Source: an uncultured Sphaerobacteraceae bacterium (lineage in GTDB: Bacteria > Chloroflexota > Chloroflexia > Thermomicrobiales > UBA6265). From it: a stretch of 64,000 nucleotides of DNA. The notes beneath the pieces are model-generated. The model searched no databases, was not told where the DNA came from, and was given only the letters and a program-made list of their open reading frames with translations. The translations under genes and the position numbers were made by a program. Of the stretch, positions 17,983 through 27,924 are shown piece after piece. Within the stretch, counting starts at the first letter, position 1, and each line of letters opens with the position of its first letter. Location: positions 5,236 through 69,235 of the forward strand of contig CAZSUN010000008.1 of assembly GCA_964610045.1 (NCBI GenBank). Reading direction: 5' to 3'.

Positions 17983-18980
17983 TCCAGTTCCGCCTCGCGG
18001 GTCGCACGCAACTCCGCAATCAGTGCCGGAACCACTTCGAAGAGGTCGCCGACAATGCCGAACGATGCCAGCTTGAAGATGGGGGCATCGGGATCACGAT
18101 TGATAGCGACGATGAATTCCGATCCCTGCATACCGACGAGATGCTGGGGCGCTCCGGAGATGCCGACCGCGAGGTAGAGCTTCGGGCTGACGATATGGCC
18201 AGTGGAGCCTACCTGGTCATCATGCGTGCGCCATCCAGCGCCAACGGTGGCGCCGGAGGCCCCGACCGTGGCATCGAGTTCCACCGCCAGCTCCTCGATC
18301 AGGGCGAACTGTTCGGGACCGCCGAGACCGCGGCCACCCGCGACGATTCGCTCGGCGTCCGCCAGGGCTTTCGCGCCCGAGTCGTGCGCGGCCACGGATT
18401 CGAGGACGACCCGGCAATCGGTATCGTCGACGGCGACCGCCAGACGTTCGATCGGGGCCTGCTGATCGCCTCGCTCGGCGGGCTTGAATGTGCCCGGTGA
18501 AACAGTCACGACTGCCGGCTGCGCGTCCACGAACCGGACGGCAGTGACGACCCGCGCCCCCAGCACCGCGCGGGTCGCGACCAGGGCGCCGTCCTCGACC
18601 GTCAGTCCGGTGGCATCGGGGACGAGTCCGGTGTCAAGCCGCGCGGCGACCCGTGCGGCGTAGTCGCGGCCCGTGATCGAACTCGGAATCAGCACCGCGA
18701 AGGGTTCGATCGCCAGAATGATCTGGGCAATGGCCGAAACCCACGGTCCGGCCACGAACGGTTCGAGCGCATCGTGGGCAACGCTGACGATCCGATCGAT
18801 ACCGGAAATCGTCGCCAGGTCATTCGCGAACCGGCCGGGATTGCTGCCAGCCACCGCGACGACGACCTCGCCACCGGTCTGGCCGGCGAGCATGCGAGCA
18901 GCCGTGACGAGTTCGAGTGATTGGGGTCGGAGCCTGCCCTCGTGGTGCTCGGCGATGACGAGGATGTCGATGTTGGTCAT
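17979..18980 (-). CDS. etfA: Electron transfer flavoprotein alpha subunit
   Basis: The C-terminal FAD-binding block VGSTGHIVSPKLYLAVGISGAPQHLVGMQGSEFIVAINRDPDAPIF is diagnostic. The start was moved to ATG at 18980 (MTNIDILV). Confidence 0.88.
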   Translation of the reverse strand: MTNIDILVIAEHHEGRLRPQSLELVTAARMLAGQTGGEVVVAVAGSNPGRFANDLATISGIDRIVSVAHDALEPFVAGPWVSAIAQIILAIEPFAVLIPSSITGRDYAARVAARLDTGLVPDATGLTVEDGALVATRAVLGARVVTAVRFVDAQPAVVTVSPGTFKPAERGDQQAPIERLAVAVDDTDCRVVLESVAAHDSGAKALADAERIVAGGRGLGGPEQFALIEELAVELDATVGASGATVGAGWRTHDDQVGSTGHIVSPKLYLAVGISGAPQHLVGMQGSEFIVAINRDPDAPIFKLASFGIVGDLFEVVPALIAELRATREAELE

Positions 18981-19059
18981 GGCATGGCACCGCGCGATGT
19001 CGTGCGCGCAGCGAGTCCCCGGACGATACGTCGCTGGTACTCCCTGCAGCGAAGGTGGT

Positions 19060-19830
19060 TCATGCGAGCTTCCGTTCCTTGAGCCAGGCAACCAGTTGGC
19101 GGGCCGCTTCCGGTGCGGAGACATCCCGGAGAATGGTCCCGATGGATTCACGAACCTCGGCGACCGGCTCCGTCCAGGCCAGGCGAATGCGTTGGTCCAG
19201 GTCCGGCGTCACCGTCTGGATCTGCTTCTTTTTCGCCTGCATCATCCCTCGCAGGGTCGGGTAACGCTGCTCACCATCGCGGCCAGACAACACGACGAGC
19301 ACCGCCGGCAGCATCACGGACACGTCTTCCTTGGTCCGCTCGGCATCACGGCGAATTTGGAGCCTGTCGCCATCGAGTGACGCCTGGGTCACCAGTGAGA
19401 CGTGGGGCCAACCCAACACTTCCGCAACCTGTGGCCCAACCTGTGCAGCTTCGTAGTCCTCGCTCGCCTGCCCGGCAATCACGATGTCAGCGCCAAGATT
19501 CTGTGCCTGGGCCGCGAGCAAGCGCGCCAGTGCGAGGGTGTCGATCCCGTTGTGATCCGGCAGATCGATCAGGACCGCCTCGTCGGCGCCGCTGGCGAGA
19601 CACCGGAGCAGGATCTCGCGGGAGGAGGGCGGACCGGCCGTCACCACCGTCACGGTGCCGCCTGCCTGTTCGCGCAGTCCGATCGCCGCGGCCAGCGCGT
19701 AGCGATCGTACGTGTTCATCGCAAGCGTCGAACCCAGGCGGGGACGATGGGTATTGGAGTCAATCGTGATCTCGTTGATGTCGTGAACCTGCTTGACCAG
19801 AACCACGATGTTGGGCTGGACCAGACTCAT
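19060..19830 (-). CDS. etfB: Electron transfer flavoprotein beta subunit
   Basis: NIVVLVKQVHD...MNTYDRYALAAAIGLRE...TVVTAGP. ATGA overlap with the upstream crotonase stop. Confidence 0.88.
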   Translation of the reverse strand: MSLVQPNIVVLVKQVHDINEITIDSNTHRPRLGSTLAMNTYDRYALAAAIGLREQAGGTVTVVTAGPPSSREILLRCLASGADEAVLIDLPDHNGIDTLALARLLAAQAQNLGADIVIAGQASEDYEAAQVGPQVAEVLGWPHVSLVTQASLDGDRLQIRRDAERTKEDVSVMLPAVLVVLSGRDGEQRYPTLRGMMQAKKKQIQTVTPDLDQRIRLAWTEPVAEVRESIGTILRDVSAPEAARQLVAWLKERKLA

Positions 19831-20606
19831 GAGTCACCGCCGTCGGCAAACGCCGGTTTCCGCCGTTCGATGAACGCGTGCATACCTTCCTTCCGGTCAG
19901 GGAGTACAAAGGCATCGGCAAAGGCTGCTGCCTCTGCATCCAATCCGGCCTGGTCCGCGCCGCGCGTCATCGCGATCATTCGTTTCGCAGCCCGGACGTT
20001 GGCGGGACTATTGGCCGCGATCGCCTCGGCCAGCGCGATCGCCGCGGACATCAATCTGTCAGGCTCATAGACGGAGTTGATGAGGCCGATCCGGAGTGCC
20101 TCGACCGCATCCACACGACGACCGGTGAAGATCAACTCGGCGGCCATTCCCGGCCCTACAACGCGCGGCAGGCGTTGCGACCCTCCCCAGCCAGGCGGTA
20201 TGCCAAGCGAGACCTCGGGTTGGGCGAATACGGCATTGGTCGAGGCGATCCGGATGTCGCTGGCCAGGGCAAGCTCGCACCCACCGCCGAGGGCGAACCC
20301 GTTGACGGCCGCGACGACCGGCTGGGACGCCAGCTCGATGGCGCGGGTGGCGGCATGACCGAGTTCGCCGAACAGGCGTCCTTCATCCGCGGTGTACTCC
20401 GCCATTTCGCGGATGTCTGCGCCGGCAACGAACGCGCGGTCGCCAGCCCCGGTCAGGACGATGGCGCGCACGCCCCGATCACCGGATAACTCGTCGATGC
20501 GCGCACGGAGTTCCCGCAGCCCATCCGCGTCAAGCGCATTGAGCTTGTCCGGCCGGTTGATGGTGACGACCGCGACGGGACCCCGGCGCTCGACCTCAAT
20601 CGCCAT
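19827..20606 (-). CDS. Enoyl-CoA hydratase/isomerase (crotonase family)
   Basis: VAVVTINRPDKLNALD, FVAGADI, AAVNGFALGGGCELALASD. The start was moved to ATG at 20606; the ORF-track version carries a spurious 108-aa extension. Confidence 0.88.
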   Translation of the reverse strand: MAIEVERRGPVAVVTINRPDKLNALDADGLRELRARIDELSGDRGVRAIVLTGAGDRAFVAGADIREMAEYTADEGRLFGELGHAATRAIELASQPVVAAVNGFALGGGCELALASDIRIASTNAVFAQPEVSLGIPPGWGGSQRLPRVVGPGMAAELIFTGRRVDAVEALRIGLINSVYEPDRLMSAAIALAEAIAANSPANVRAAKRMIAMTRGADQAGLDAEAAAFADAFVLPDRKEGMHAFIERRKPAFADGGDS

Positions 20607-21201
20607 CGGAGATTTCGCCTTCCTGCACGCCGTACAGAACGGCCAGTTCATCGCGGTAGACGCGGCTGACCTCGACGTACCGCCCGGGAATCGCCGCCAG
20701 GTGTTCCGCCTGGGCCTCGTCGAGCCGGCTGCGCTCCTTCGCGGGGACGCCAACCATGACCGCCCCGGCTGGAACGGACACGCGTTCGGACACGAGCGCT
20801 CCCGCGGCGATGACCGCGCCATCGCCAACCGACGAATACGACATGATGATCGCGCCCATGCCGACCAAAACGCCATTCCCGATCGTCGTGCCGTGGACGA
20901 TGGCGGTGTGACCCACCGTGACATCGTCACCGATCACGACCGGTGCATCCTCGTTGACGTGGATGAGGGTGCCATCCTGGATGTTGCTCCGGCTGCCGAT
21001 CGTAATCGGCGCGATGTCTCCTCGGACGGTGGTGTTGAACCAGATGCTCGTCTCCGGACCGACGGACACATTCCCGATGACAACCGCGCCAGGCGCCACG
21101 AACGCGGAATCGTCGATGGTTGGCCAGGCGTCCCTGTACGGCAGGATGATCGCTCCCGGAAATCGATGGGCATACCCGGCGCGCCGGTCGAGTGCAGTCA
21201 T
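20596..21201 (-). CDS. Gamma-carbonic-anhydrase-like / hexapeptide-repeat protein (PaaY/YrdA-like)
   Basis: Left-handed beta-helix repeats (VIGNVSVG, IGSRSNIQDG, IGDDVTVGH, IGNGVLVGMG). The start ATG at 21201 overlaps the thiolase stop (ATGA). Confidence 0.75.
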   Translation of the reverse strand: MTALDRRAGYAHRFPGAIILPYRDAWPTIDDSAFVAPGAVVIGNVSVGPETSIWFNTTVRGDIAPITIGSRSNIQDGTLIHVNEDAPVVIGDDVTVGHTAIVHGTTIGNGVLVGMGAIIMSYSSVGDGAVIAAGALVSERVSVPAGAVMVGVPAKERSRLDEAQAEHLAAIPGRYVEVSRVYRDELAVLYGVQEGEISDGD

Positions 21202-22385
21202 GTGGCATCCACCTTCACAATGATCGCGTCTCCCTGCCCGCCACCGGAGCAAATACCGGCCGCACCTATACCGCCGCCCCGTTCGCGAAGGGACTCGATG
21301 AGCGAGAGGACGATCCGGGTCCCGCTGGCGGCAAGAGGATGGCCGATCGCGATCGCGCCGCCGTTGATGTTCACCTTGTCGGCGGAAATCCCGAGTCGCC
21401 GGGCGGAGATGATCGCCACGCTGGCGAACGCCTCGTTGATCTCAACCAGATCGAGGTCGTCGACGGTGAGTCCCGCACGAGTCAGCGCCTGCTCGATCGC
21501 CATCGCCGGGGTATAGGCGAGATACGGCGGATCCCAGGCTGACTGCCCGGTGCCAAGGACAGTGGCCACGACTGGAAGGCCGTTCGCCGACGCCCAGTCG
21601 GCATCTGCCGCGACCAGGGCCGCGCCACCATCGTTCAGGCCCGGCGCGTTGCCGGCCGTGACGCTGCTCTGCTCGCCAAAGGCAGGCTTGAGCCGGGCAA
21701 GAGCCTCCAGGCTGGTGTCGGTGCGTGGCGCTTCGTCGTGCTCCACAACGGTCACCGCGCCCTTGCGGCAGGCGATCTCGACCGGGACGATTTCCCGCGC
21801 CAGGCGTCCGGAATCGCGCGCCGCGACCGCCAACTGGTGCGAGCGGAGCGCCCAGGCATCCTGCTCCTCGCGCGAAACCCCGTTTTCGTGGGCCACGTTC
21901 GAACCGTGCACGCCCATCAGGCAGTGCTCTTCGGCGCAGATCAGGCCATCGACATAGACGAGGTCTTCGACCGTGCTCTCGCCAACCCGGAGTCCGGCGC
22001 GAGCCCCGCGCATGATGTAGGGCGATTGGGACATGCTGTCGATGCCACCGGTCAGGATCGCACGGTGCTCGCCGAGGCGGATTGCCTGATCGGCAAACGT
22101 CAATGCCCGCATGCCGGACCCGCACACCCGGTTGACCGTATCTGCCGTCACCGTGCGACCGAGCCCGGCACCAAACCCCACCTGGCGAGCCGGGTTCTGT
22201 CCCGTTCCAGCCTGCAACACCTGGCCGAGAAAGACGTGACCGATGTCCGCCCGGTCGACGCCGGCGCGCTCGATCGCCGCGTTCGCGGCCACTACCCCGA
22301 GTTCGATCGACGATTTCGTCGCAAGGGTTCCATTGATCTTGCCGAACGGGGTACGAGCCCCACCGAGAATCGCGGTTCGGCTCAT
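21198..22385 (-). CDS. Acetyl-CoA acetyltransferase (thiolase II)
   Basis: VNRVCGSGMRA (active-site Cys), NEAFA, GGAIAIGHPLAASG, CSGGGQG. Confidence 0.92.
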   Translation of the reverse strand: MSRTAILGGARTPFGKINGTLATKSSIELGVVAANAAIERAGVDRADIGHVFLGQVLQAGTGQNPARQVGFGAGLGRTVTADTVNRVCGSGMRALTFADQAIRLGEHRAILTGGIDSMSQSPYIMRGARAGLRVGESTVEDLVYVDGLICAEEHCLMGVHGSNVAHENGVSREEQDAWALRSHQLAVAARDSGRLAREIVPVEIACRKGAVTVVEHDEAPRTDTSLEALARLKPAFGEQSSVTAGNAPGLNDGGAALVAADADWASANGLPVVATVLGTGQSAWDPPYLAYTPAMAIEQALTRAGLTVDDLDLVEINEAFASVAIISARRLGISADKVNINGGAIAIGHPLAASGTRIVLSLIESLRERGGGIGAAGICSGGGQGDAIIVKVDAT

Positions 22386-23593
22386 ACCGCCTCCCCCTCC
22401 GCCTCGTACCCGCTGGCGGGAGGTTGCGGGTTCCGGAGCGGTTTGTCCTCACGGTACCCGAGGGCGTATTCGGCCTGGACGATCTGGTGGATCTGGCTCG
22501 TGCCCTCGTAGATCACCGAGCCGCGTGCATTCCGCATGAACCGCTCGACCGGATACTCGTTGGAAAACCCGTAGGACCCATGAATCTGGATCGCATCGTC
22601 TGCGGCTTCGAGGGCGGCATCGGTGGCATACCATTTCGCCAGAGACGTTTCCTTCGTGTTCCGGATGCCGCGATTCTTGAGTTCCGCTGCCCGGTAGACC
22701 AGCAATCGGGAAGCTTCGTGTCCCGCAACCATCTTCGCGATCATCTGCTGCACCAACTGGTGCTTGCCGATCGGCACGCCGAAGGTCTGCCGTTCGTTTG
22801 CGTAGGAGACACTGGCATCGAGCGAGGCCCGGGTCAGGCCGACTGCCCCGGCGGCAACCGTGAACCGCCCCTGGTCGATGGCGCTCATCGCGATCTTGAA
22901 GCCTTCGCCCTCTTCGCCGATCCGGTTCTCGACCGGCACCCGGACATTGTTGAACGCCAGTTCCCCGGTGTTTCCGGCCCTGACTCCAAGCTTTCCCTTG
23001 ATCGTGCCGGTGGTGAATCCTTCCATCCCGCGCTCCAGCACGAACGCGGTCAAACCTCGATGCTTCAGGCTCCGGTCGGTGCTGGCGAAGACGAGAAAGT
23101 GGTCGGCGATGTCCGCCAGCGAGATCCACATCTTCGAACCGTTGAGGAGGTAGCTGTCGCCGTCGCGAACGACAGTCGACTCGATGGCACCGGCGTCGGA
23201 CCCGGCGGCGGGCTCGGTCAGGCCGAAGGTGGCGATCTTCTCGCCCATCGCCTGGGGCACGAGCCAGCGCTGCTTCTGCTCCTCGGTCGCCCACTGCAGC
23301 AACGTCAGGGAGTTCAGGCCGACGTGGACACTGAGGATCACCCGGAGTGACGTATCGACGTATTCGAGCTCCTCGCAGGCAAGGGCAAGACTGATGTAGT
23401 CGAGACCAAGCCCGCCATATGCCTCGGGAATCGGCAGCCCGAGGATGCCCATTTCACCGAGCTTGTCGATGATCGAGCGATCGACCTTGCCTGCGATGTC
23501 CCACTCGCGGATGTGCGGGGCAACTTCGCGAGCCGCCCACTCGCGAACCAGATCCCTGACCTGGATCTGCTCGTCGTTGAGGTCGAAGTTCAT
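22382..23593 (-). CDS. Acyl-CoA dehydrogenase
   Basis: FGLTEPAAGSDA, KMWISLA, QIHGSYGFSNEYPVERFMRNARGSVIYEGTSQI. The start was moved to ATG at 23593 (MNFDLNDEQ). Confidence 0.92.
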   Translation of the reverse strand: MNFDLNDEQIQVRDLVREWAAREVAPHIREWDIAGKVDRSIIDKLGEMGILGLPIPEAYGGLGLDYISLALACEELEYVDTSLRVILSVHVGLNSLTLLQWATEEQKQRWLVPQAMGEKIATFGLTEPAAGSDAGAIESTVVRDGDSYLLNGSKMWISLADIADHFLVFASTDRSLKHRGLTAFVLERGMEGFTTGTIKGKLGVRAGNTGELAFNNVRVPVENRIGEEGEGFKIAMSAIDQGRFTVAAGAVGLTRASLDASVSYANERQTFGVPIGKHQLVQQMIAKMVAGHEASRLLVYRAAELKNRGIRNTKETSLAKWYATDAALEAADDAIQIHGSYGFSNEYPVERFMRNARGSVIYEGTSQIHQIVQAEYALGYREDKPLRNPQPPASGYEAEGEAV

Positions 23594-23778
23594 GGTGATG
23601 CGGATCGCTTTCCACGAAGACGACGGGACACGCACGCAACCCTGCGAGCCAGCCCGTCAGAACCGCGTCAAGTATACCGGGACACCTGACGGCCTACTGG
23701 CGGATTTCCTCGATGGAAACCGCACGCCGCTCCGTATTCAACCGCCTGGCGAGAGCGAGTACCTCAAACCTGTACCGG

Positions 23779-24549
23779 TCAGCCCAGCCTCGATGGATGC
23801 ACCCGGGGTCCGCGGGTGAGGTCGCCGGCAACGATCCGAACCACATTCCCCATCGAGTCTCGCACGAGCAGTGAACCGTCGATGTCGAGGCCATCCAGGG
23901 TGCCGGTGTGCGTGCGATCCCCATCGCGGACGGACACCGGCTGACCACGCCAGGCGAGGCGCTCGTTCAGGTGATCGGCAATGCACCGATCATCACCTTC
24001 CTCGAAGCTGGACACAATCTCCGAGAGATTGATCAGGAGCTTGCCCAGGACAGGTTCGATCCCAACTGGGCAGCCCGCTTCGATCGAGAGGCTCGTGGCG
24101 GTCCCCGGCAAGGTTTCGGAGAGGCTCCCAACATTCAACCCGATGCCGCAGATCACGCGCGTTCCTGCACCACCATTCAGTGAACGGGTCGTGACGAGAA
24201 CACCGGCGAGTTTGCGGCCATCGACCAGGACATCGTTCGGCCACTTGACGTTCGTCACATTGGGGAGCCAGGCATCGGCCGTGATGGCCACCGCGAGACC
24301 GATGGCGGGGGCGAAGAGTCCGAGCGATGCCTGCGATCGATGACTGACGTGCAGGAACGACAGGAGAATCGACGACCAGGGTTCGGCATGCCATTCGCGG
24401 CCGGCGCGGCCACGCCCAGCCGACTGGAAACCAGCCTGCACGGTCGTGCCGGGAGTCGCGCCACGGTCGGCGAGCGCGGCCAGCAGATCCATGGTCGAGC
24501 CGGCCGCGTCGACCCGGATGACAGGACACCCGATGGTCACTGCTGCCAT
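23779..24549 (-). CDS. birA: Biotin-[acetyl-CoA-carboxylase] ligase, group I (no HTH domain)
   Basis: GFQSAGRGRAGREW motif (GRGRxGRxW), KWPNDVLVDGRKLAGVL. The start was moved to ATG at 24549. Confidence 0.82.
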   Translation of the reverse strand: MAAVTIGCPVIRVDAAGSTMDLLAALADRGATPGTTVQAGFQSAGRGRAGREWHAEPWSSILLSFLHVSHRSQASLGLFAPAIGLAVAITADAWLPNVTNVKWPNDVLVDGRKLAGVLVTTRSLNGGAGTRVICGIGLNVGSLSETLPGTATSLSIEAGCPVGIEPVLGKLLINLSEIVSSFEEGDDRCIADHLNERLAWRGQPVSVRDGDRTHTGTLDGLDIDGSLLVRDSMGNVVRIVAGDLTRGPRVHPSRLG

Positions 24550-24652
24550 CGTGGCCTCACCCTCCGATCCCCGACGAAGGCGGTGGCACGCCCGGGGAGT
24601 CGCGCAGATCGGCTGGGATGAGTCCCGGCACTCCGCGCAGACAGGATTCCCC

Positions 24653-26002
24653 TCACTCCGCGTCGGGTGCCTGGGCCTCAGGCTCCGTCTCGGTTTCTTC
24701 AGGAGCCTCGTGGCGATTGCGGCGATCCGAGCCACGATCGTCGGGCACCACCGGCGGCGGCAGGCGAGTAACCAGCAGCTTCCTGATCCGTTGGCGCTCA
24801 ACCGCCAGGATTTCGACCCGTACGCCCTCAGCCTCGAAGGAATCACCCTGATTCGGCAGACGGCCCAAATGCTTGTGCACGAACCCACCGAGGGTTCCGA
24901 AGTCGTCATCCTCGGTGAACTGGACGTTCAATGCGTCTTCGACATCCTCGATCGGGAGGCGGCCATCGGCCAGGAGCTGGTCGTCAGCGATCTGGTCGAA
25001 CAACCATTCCGCCGTGTCGAACTCGTCCTCGATCTCGCCGACGATTTCCTCCAGGATATCCTCGATCGAGACGATGCCGGCGGTACCGCCGTACTCATCG
25101 GCAACGATGGCGAGGTGGTTTCGTGTGCGGCGCATTTCGGCGAACAGCACATTCAATCGCTTCGACTCCGGCACGACGAACGGCGGCCGGATATCGTCGA
25201 GCCAGGGAATGCGGGTGGCATTGCCAATCACAAACTGAAGCAGGTCCTTGGCGTACAGCACCCCAACGATGTGGTCGATCGACTCCTGGTAGACCGGGAT
25301 CCGGGAATGCCCTGCCTTGACGATGATGTCGATCAGTTCTCCCGGCGCCACGGCCCGATCCACGGCGACAATGTCGATCCTTGGCACCATGATGTCTCGC
25401 GCGGTCATTTCCTCGAGACTCAGGATCCCTTCGATCATCTCCCGTTCGTCGTCTCCAATCAGGTCGTCCGCTTCCAGCAGGCGAGATCGCAGTTCCTCCT
25501 CGAACCCGAAGGTCTCGCTCGGGGCAACCGGTCCCGGCAAAATCCGCGCGATCAATTCGGCCGTTCGCTCGACCAGCCAGTTCAAGGGAATCAGGAGGCT
25601 GGTCGCGATGTTCCCCAGCCGAAGCACGACCGCGACGAACCGGTCGAGTTTGCGCGTGGCAAGTGCCCGTGGCAAGGCGATACCGAGCAAGAGATAGGCA
25701 ACGCCCACGATGGACATGGCGAGCCACTGGCGCGGGGCGCCGGAGGCCGCGGTCAGCACCTCGATGAGCGCGCCGGTCGCGAGGATGGCCGCGAGGACCT
25801 GGAGCAGGACCATCGATGCCGCCAGCACACGGCGTGGATCGACCAGCGACTGCACGGTTCGCCGCCTCGACTCGGCGTCGCCACTGAGTTCACGCAAGCG
25901 GACGGCACTGGTCAATCCAAGGGTGGACTGCACGATTCCGGCCAGCACCATGACGGCGAGGGCGACGAGGGCGAGAACGAGGTGTTGCCAGGCATCAGCC
26001 AA
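24653..26002 (-). CDS. CNNM/CorC/TlyC-family protein (DUF21 membrane domain, CBS pair, CorC_HlyC)
   Basis: The N-terminal part has four TM segments. CBS region ARDIMVPRIDIVAV...HSRIPVYQESIDHIVGVLYAKDLL. C-terminal domain GGFVHKHLGRLPNQGDSFEAEGVRVEILAV. Confidence 0.82.
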   Translation of the reverse strand: MADAWQHLVLALVALAVMVLAGIVQSTLGLTSAVRLRELSGDAESRRRTVQSLVDPRRVLAASMVLLQVLAAILATGALIEVLTAASGAPRQWLAMSIVGVAYLLLGIALPRALATRKLDRFVAVVLRLGNIATSLLIPLNWLVERTAELIARILPGPVAPSETFGFEEELRSRLLEADDLIGDDEREMIEGILSLEEMTARDIMVPRIDIVAVDRAVAPGELIDIIVKAGHSRIPVYQESIDHIVGVLYAKDLLQFVIGNATRIPWLDDIRPPFVVPESKRLNVLFAEMRRTRNHLAIVADEYGGTAGIVSIEDILEEIVGEIEDEFDTAEWLFDQIADDQLLADGRLPIEDVEDALNVQFTEDDDFGTLGGFVHKHLGRLPNQGDSFEAEGVRVEILAVERQRIRKLLVTRLPPPVVPDDRGSDRRNRHEAPEETETEPEAQAPDAE

Positions 26003-26226
26003 ATCGGTGTCCGTTTCTCTCGACGGTCGCCAGATGCCGACCGCGCCGCCGATCTGATCCTTGCCGGTTCACCGGACCGCGGCTGTTCGGGGCGGGGCAG
26101 CACAACCGGACACATCCTGGCCCTGGTTCGGCTCTCGCCAGCACATGCGACGTGGCGGCCACTCGCCCACTATCCGCCATGTTCACCGGCTCGCTCAATG
26201 GGATACCCGCTCTCCCAGGTCTACGG

Positions 26227-27630
26227 TTACCCCGGATCGCCGCGCCCGATCCGGCGAGCGGGAACCCCGACGACCGTCGCGCCACTCTCGATATCACGTG
26301 TCACCACCGCCCCTGCCCCGGTGCGAGCGCCCTCTCCAACGCGGACGGGCGCCACCAGCACGGTATCGCTCCCAACGAAGGCATGGTCGCCGATGACGGT
26401 GGCGTGCTTGGTCGTGCCATCGTAATTCGCGGTAATCGCACCGGCGCCGATGTTGACGTCCTCACCCACCCGTGCGTCACCGAGATACGAGAAGTGGCCA
26501 ACCCTGGTCCCCGGCCCAAGCGTGGAGTTCTTCACCTCCGCGGAGGTCCCAACATGAACGCCGGGGCCAACCACCGTGTTGCCCCGGAGATGCGCATACG
26601 GTCCGACATCGGATCCGGCGCCGACTTCGGAATCGGTCACGGTGGACGACCGGACCTGGGCGCCATCACGCAGGACCGCGTTGTGCAGCACGGCGTGTGG
26701 ACCAACTACGCACCCGCGGCCGATAACCGACTTCCCTGTGATGATGGAGAACGGATGGATCACCGTATCGGCGTCAACAGCCACGGTCTCATCGATGAAG
26801 ACGGTCTCCCCGCCGATAATGGTGACGCCGCGTCGCTGCAACCGCTCGCGGACGTTTTTCCGGATCACTGCATCGGCATCAGCCTGCTCAACCCGGTCGT
26901 TGATGCCCAACGACACATCGCTGTCGCCAACGACTGCCGAGACGGGCCAGGGCTCGTCCTCTGCCGTCTCCGAGACGGCGAATGCGACGATGTCGGTCAG
27001 CATGAGTTCCCCGGTCTCCGGGTTGACTGGCAGGCGAGCGAGTGTCTCACGGGCCCAGGCGGCATCGAGCACCATGATCCCGCTGTTGATTTCGGTTTCA
27101 CCCTGACGAAGATGCGGTTGGTCGTTCTTCTTTTCGACAATGCGGGTGACATGACCCACGGCATTGCGCTCGATGCGGCCGTAATTGCGCGCGTCTGGCA
27201 GGACGCAGGACAGGATCGTGACCTTGCACCGGGAAGCCCGGGCACCCTCTATCAACCGGTCTATCGTCTCACCGGTCAGGAGTGGGCTGTCGCCAAGCAG
27301 CGAGACGAGCCAATCCACCGGTTCCAGGAAATCCAGGGCCGTGCGCACCGCTCCCGCCGTGCCGTAGGGATGAACCTGCGGCGTCGCGTCGAACTCGCCT
27401 TCCATTCCCAACCGGCTCGCAAGGTCGACCATGTCCGGACTTACGATGGTCACCAGTTGGTTGGGCTGGACGGCGAGTCCGGCCCGGATCACCCGTTCCA
27501 CGATCGGGACGCCCCCGACCGGGTGCAGGTGCTTGGGTGTTGCGGACAGCATGCGCGTCCCCTGGCCGGCGGCAAGGACGGCGACGGCAATCCGGTCACC
27601 TGTTTTTGGGGAGTGGGGAGAGGTTGTCAC
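26227..27630 (-). CDS. glmU: Bifunctional GlcNAc-1-P uridyltransferase / GlcN-1-P acetyltransferase
   Basis: LAAGQGTRM, and C-terminal hexapeptide repeats ending NYDGTTKHATVIGDHAFVGSDTVLVAPV. The ORF-track ATG at 27720 abuts the 3' CCA of the tRNA, so I prefer the in-frame GTG at 27630. Confidence 0.88.
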   Translation of the reverse strand: MTTSPHSPKTGDRIAVAVLAAGQGTRMLSATPKHLHPVGGVPIVERVIRAGLAVQPNQLVTIVSPDMVDLASRLGMEGEFDATPQVHPYGTAGAVRTALDFLEPVDWLVSLLGDSPLLTGETIDRLIEGARASRCKVTILSCVLPDARNYGRIERNAVGHVTRIVEKKNDQPHLRQGETEINSGIMVLDAAWARETLARLPVNPETGELMLTDIVAFAVSETAEDEPWPVSAVVGDSDVSLGINDRVEQADADAVIRKNVRERLQRRGVTIIGGETVFIDETVAVDADTVIHPFSIITGKSVIGRGCVVGPHAVLHNAVLRDGAQVRSSTVTDSEVGAGSDVGPYAHLRGNTVVGPGVHVGTSAEVKNSTLGPGTRVGHFSYLGDARVGEDVNIGAGAITANYDGTTKHATVIGDHAFVGSDTVLVAPVRVGEGARTGAGAVVTRDIESGATVVGVPARRIGRGDPG

Positions 27631-27719
27631 GATCCGGGGTTGACTCCCAGGTGGGCCGGATTCGGGGACTACGACGGGCGCCGCCTGCCGATCCGGAGTG
27701 CACGGTGCAATGGAATGCA

Positions 27720-27793
27720 TGGCTCGCGGGCCAGGATTCGAACCTGGAATAAAGGTTCCAAAGACCCTTGTGATACCTTTTCACCACCCGCGA
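27720..27793 (-). tRNA. tRNA-Gln (anticodon UUG), CCA encoded
   Basis: Hand-folded cloverleaf. Acceptor tcgcggg/cccgcga, T-arm ccagg-ttcgaat-cctgg, anticodon arm agggt-cTTTGGa-acctt with TTG centred. U1-A72 and discriminator G73 are as expected for bacterial tRNA-Gln. Confidence 0.85.
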
Positions 27794-27924
27794 ATGTGGC
27801 CGGAACCAGTGTAGCGGCAGGCAGGTGTGACGTGCCAGACAGCAACGCACCGCCGCGAATGCTGTACGCTCACTTCAGGCGCGGGTCAGGTGATTGCGCT
27901 TTGCCCGAATCGAGCAGCGACCGG

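Noticed and set aside
19827-20930. Long N-terminal extensions on many track ORFs (the crotonase, and also etfA to 19151, birA to 24909, the aminotransferase from 12422, nth from 62533, recR to 35608)
   Set aside because: The extensions overlap the upstream gene, encode low-complexity sequence, and precede an internal Met where the conserved family N-terminus begins. Starts were moved accordingly.
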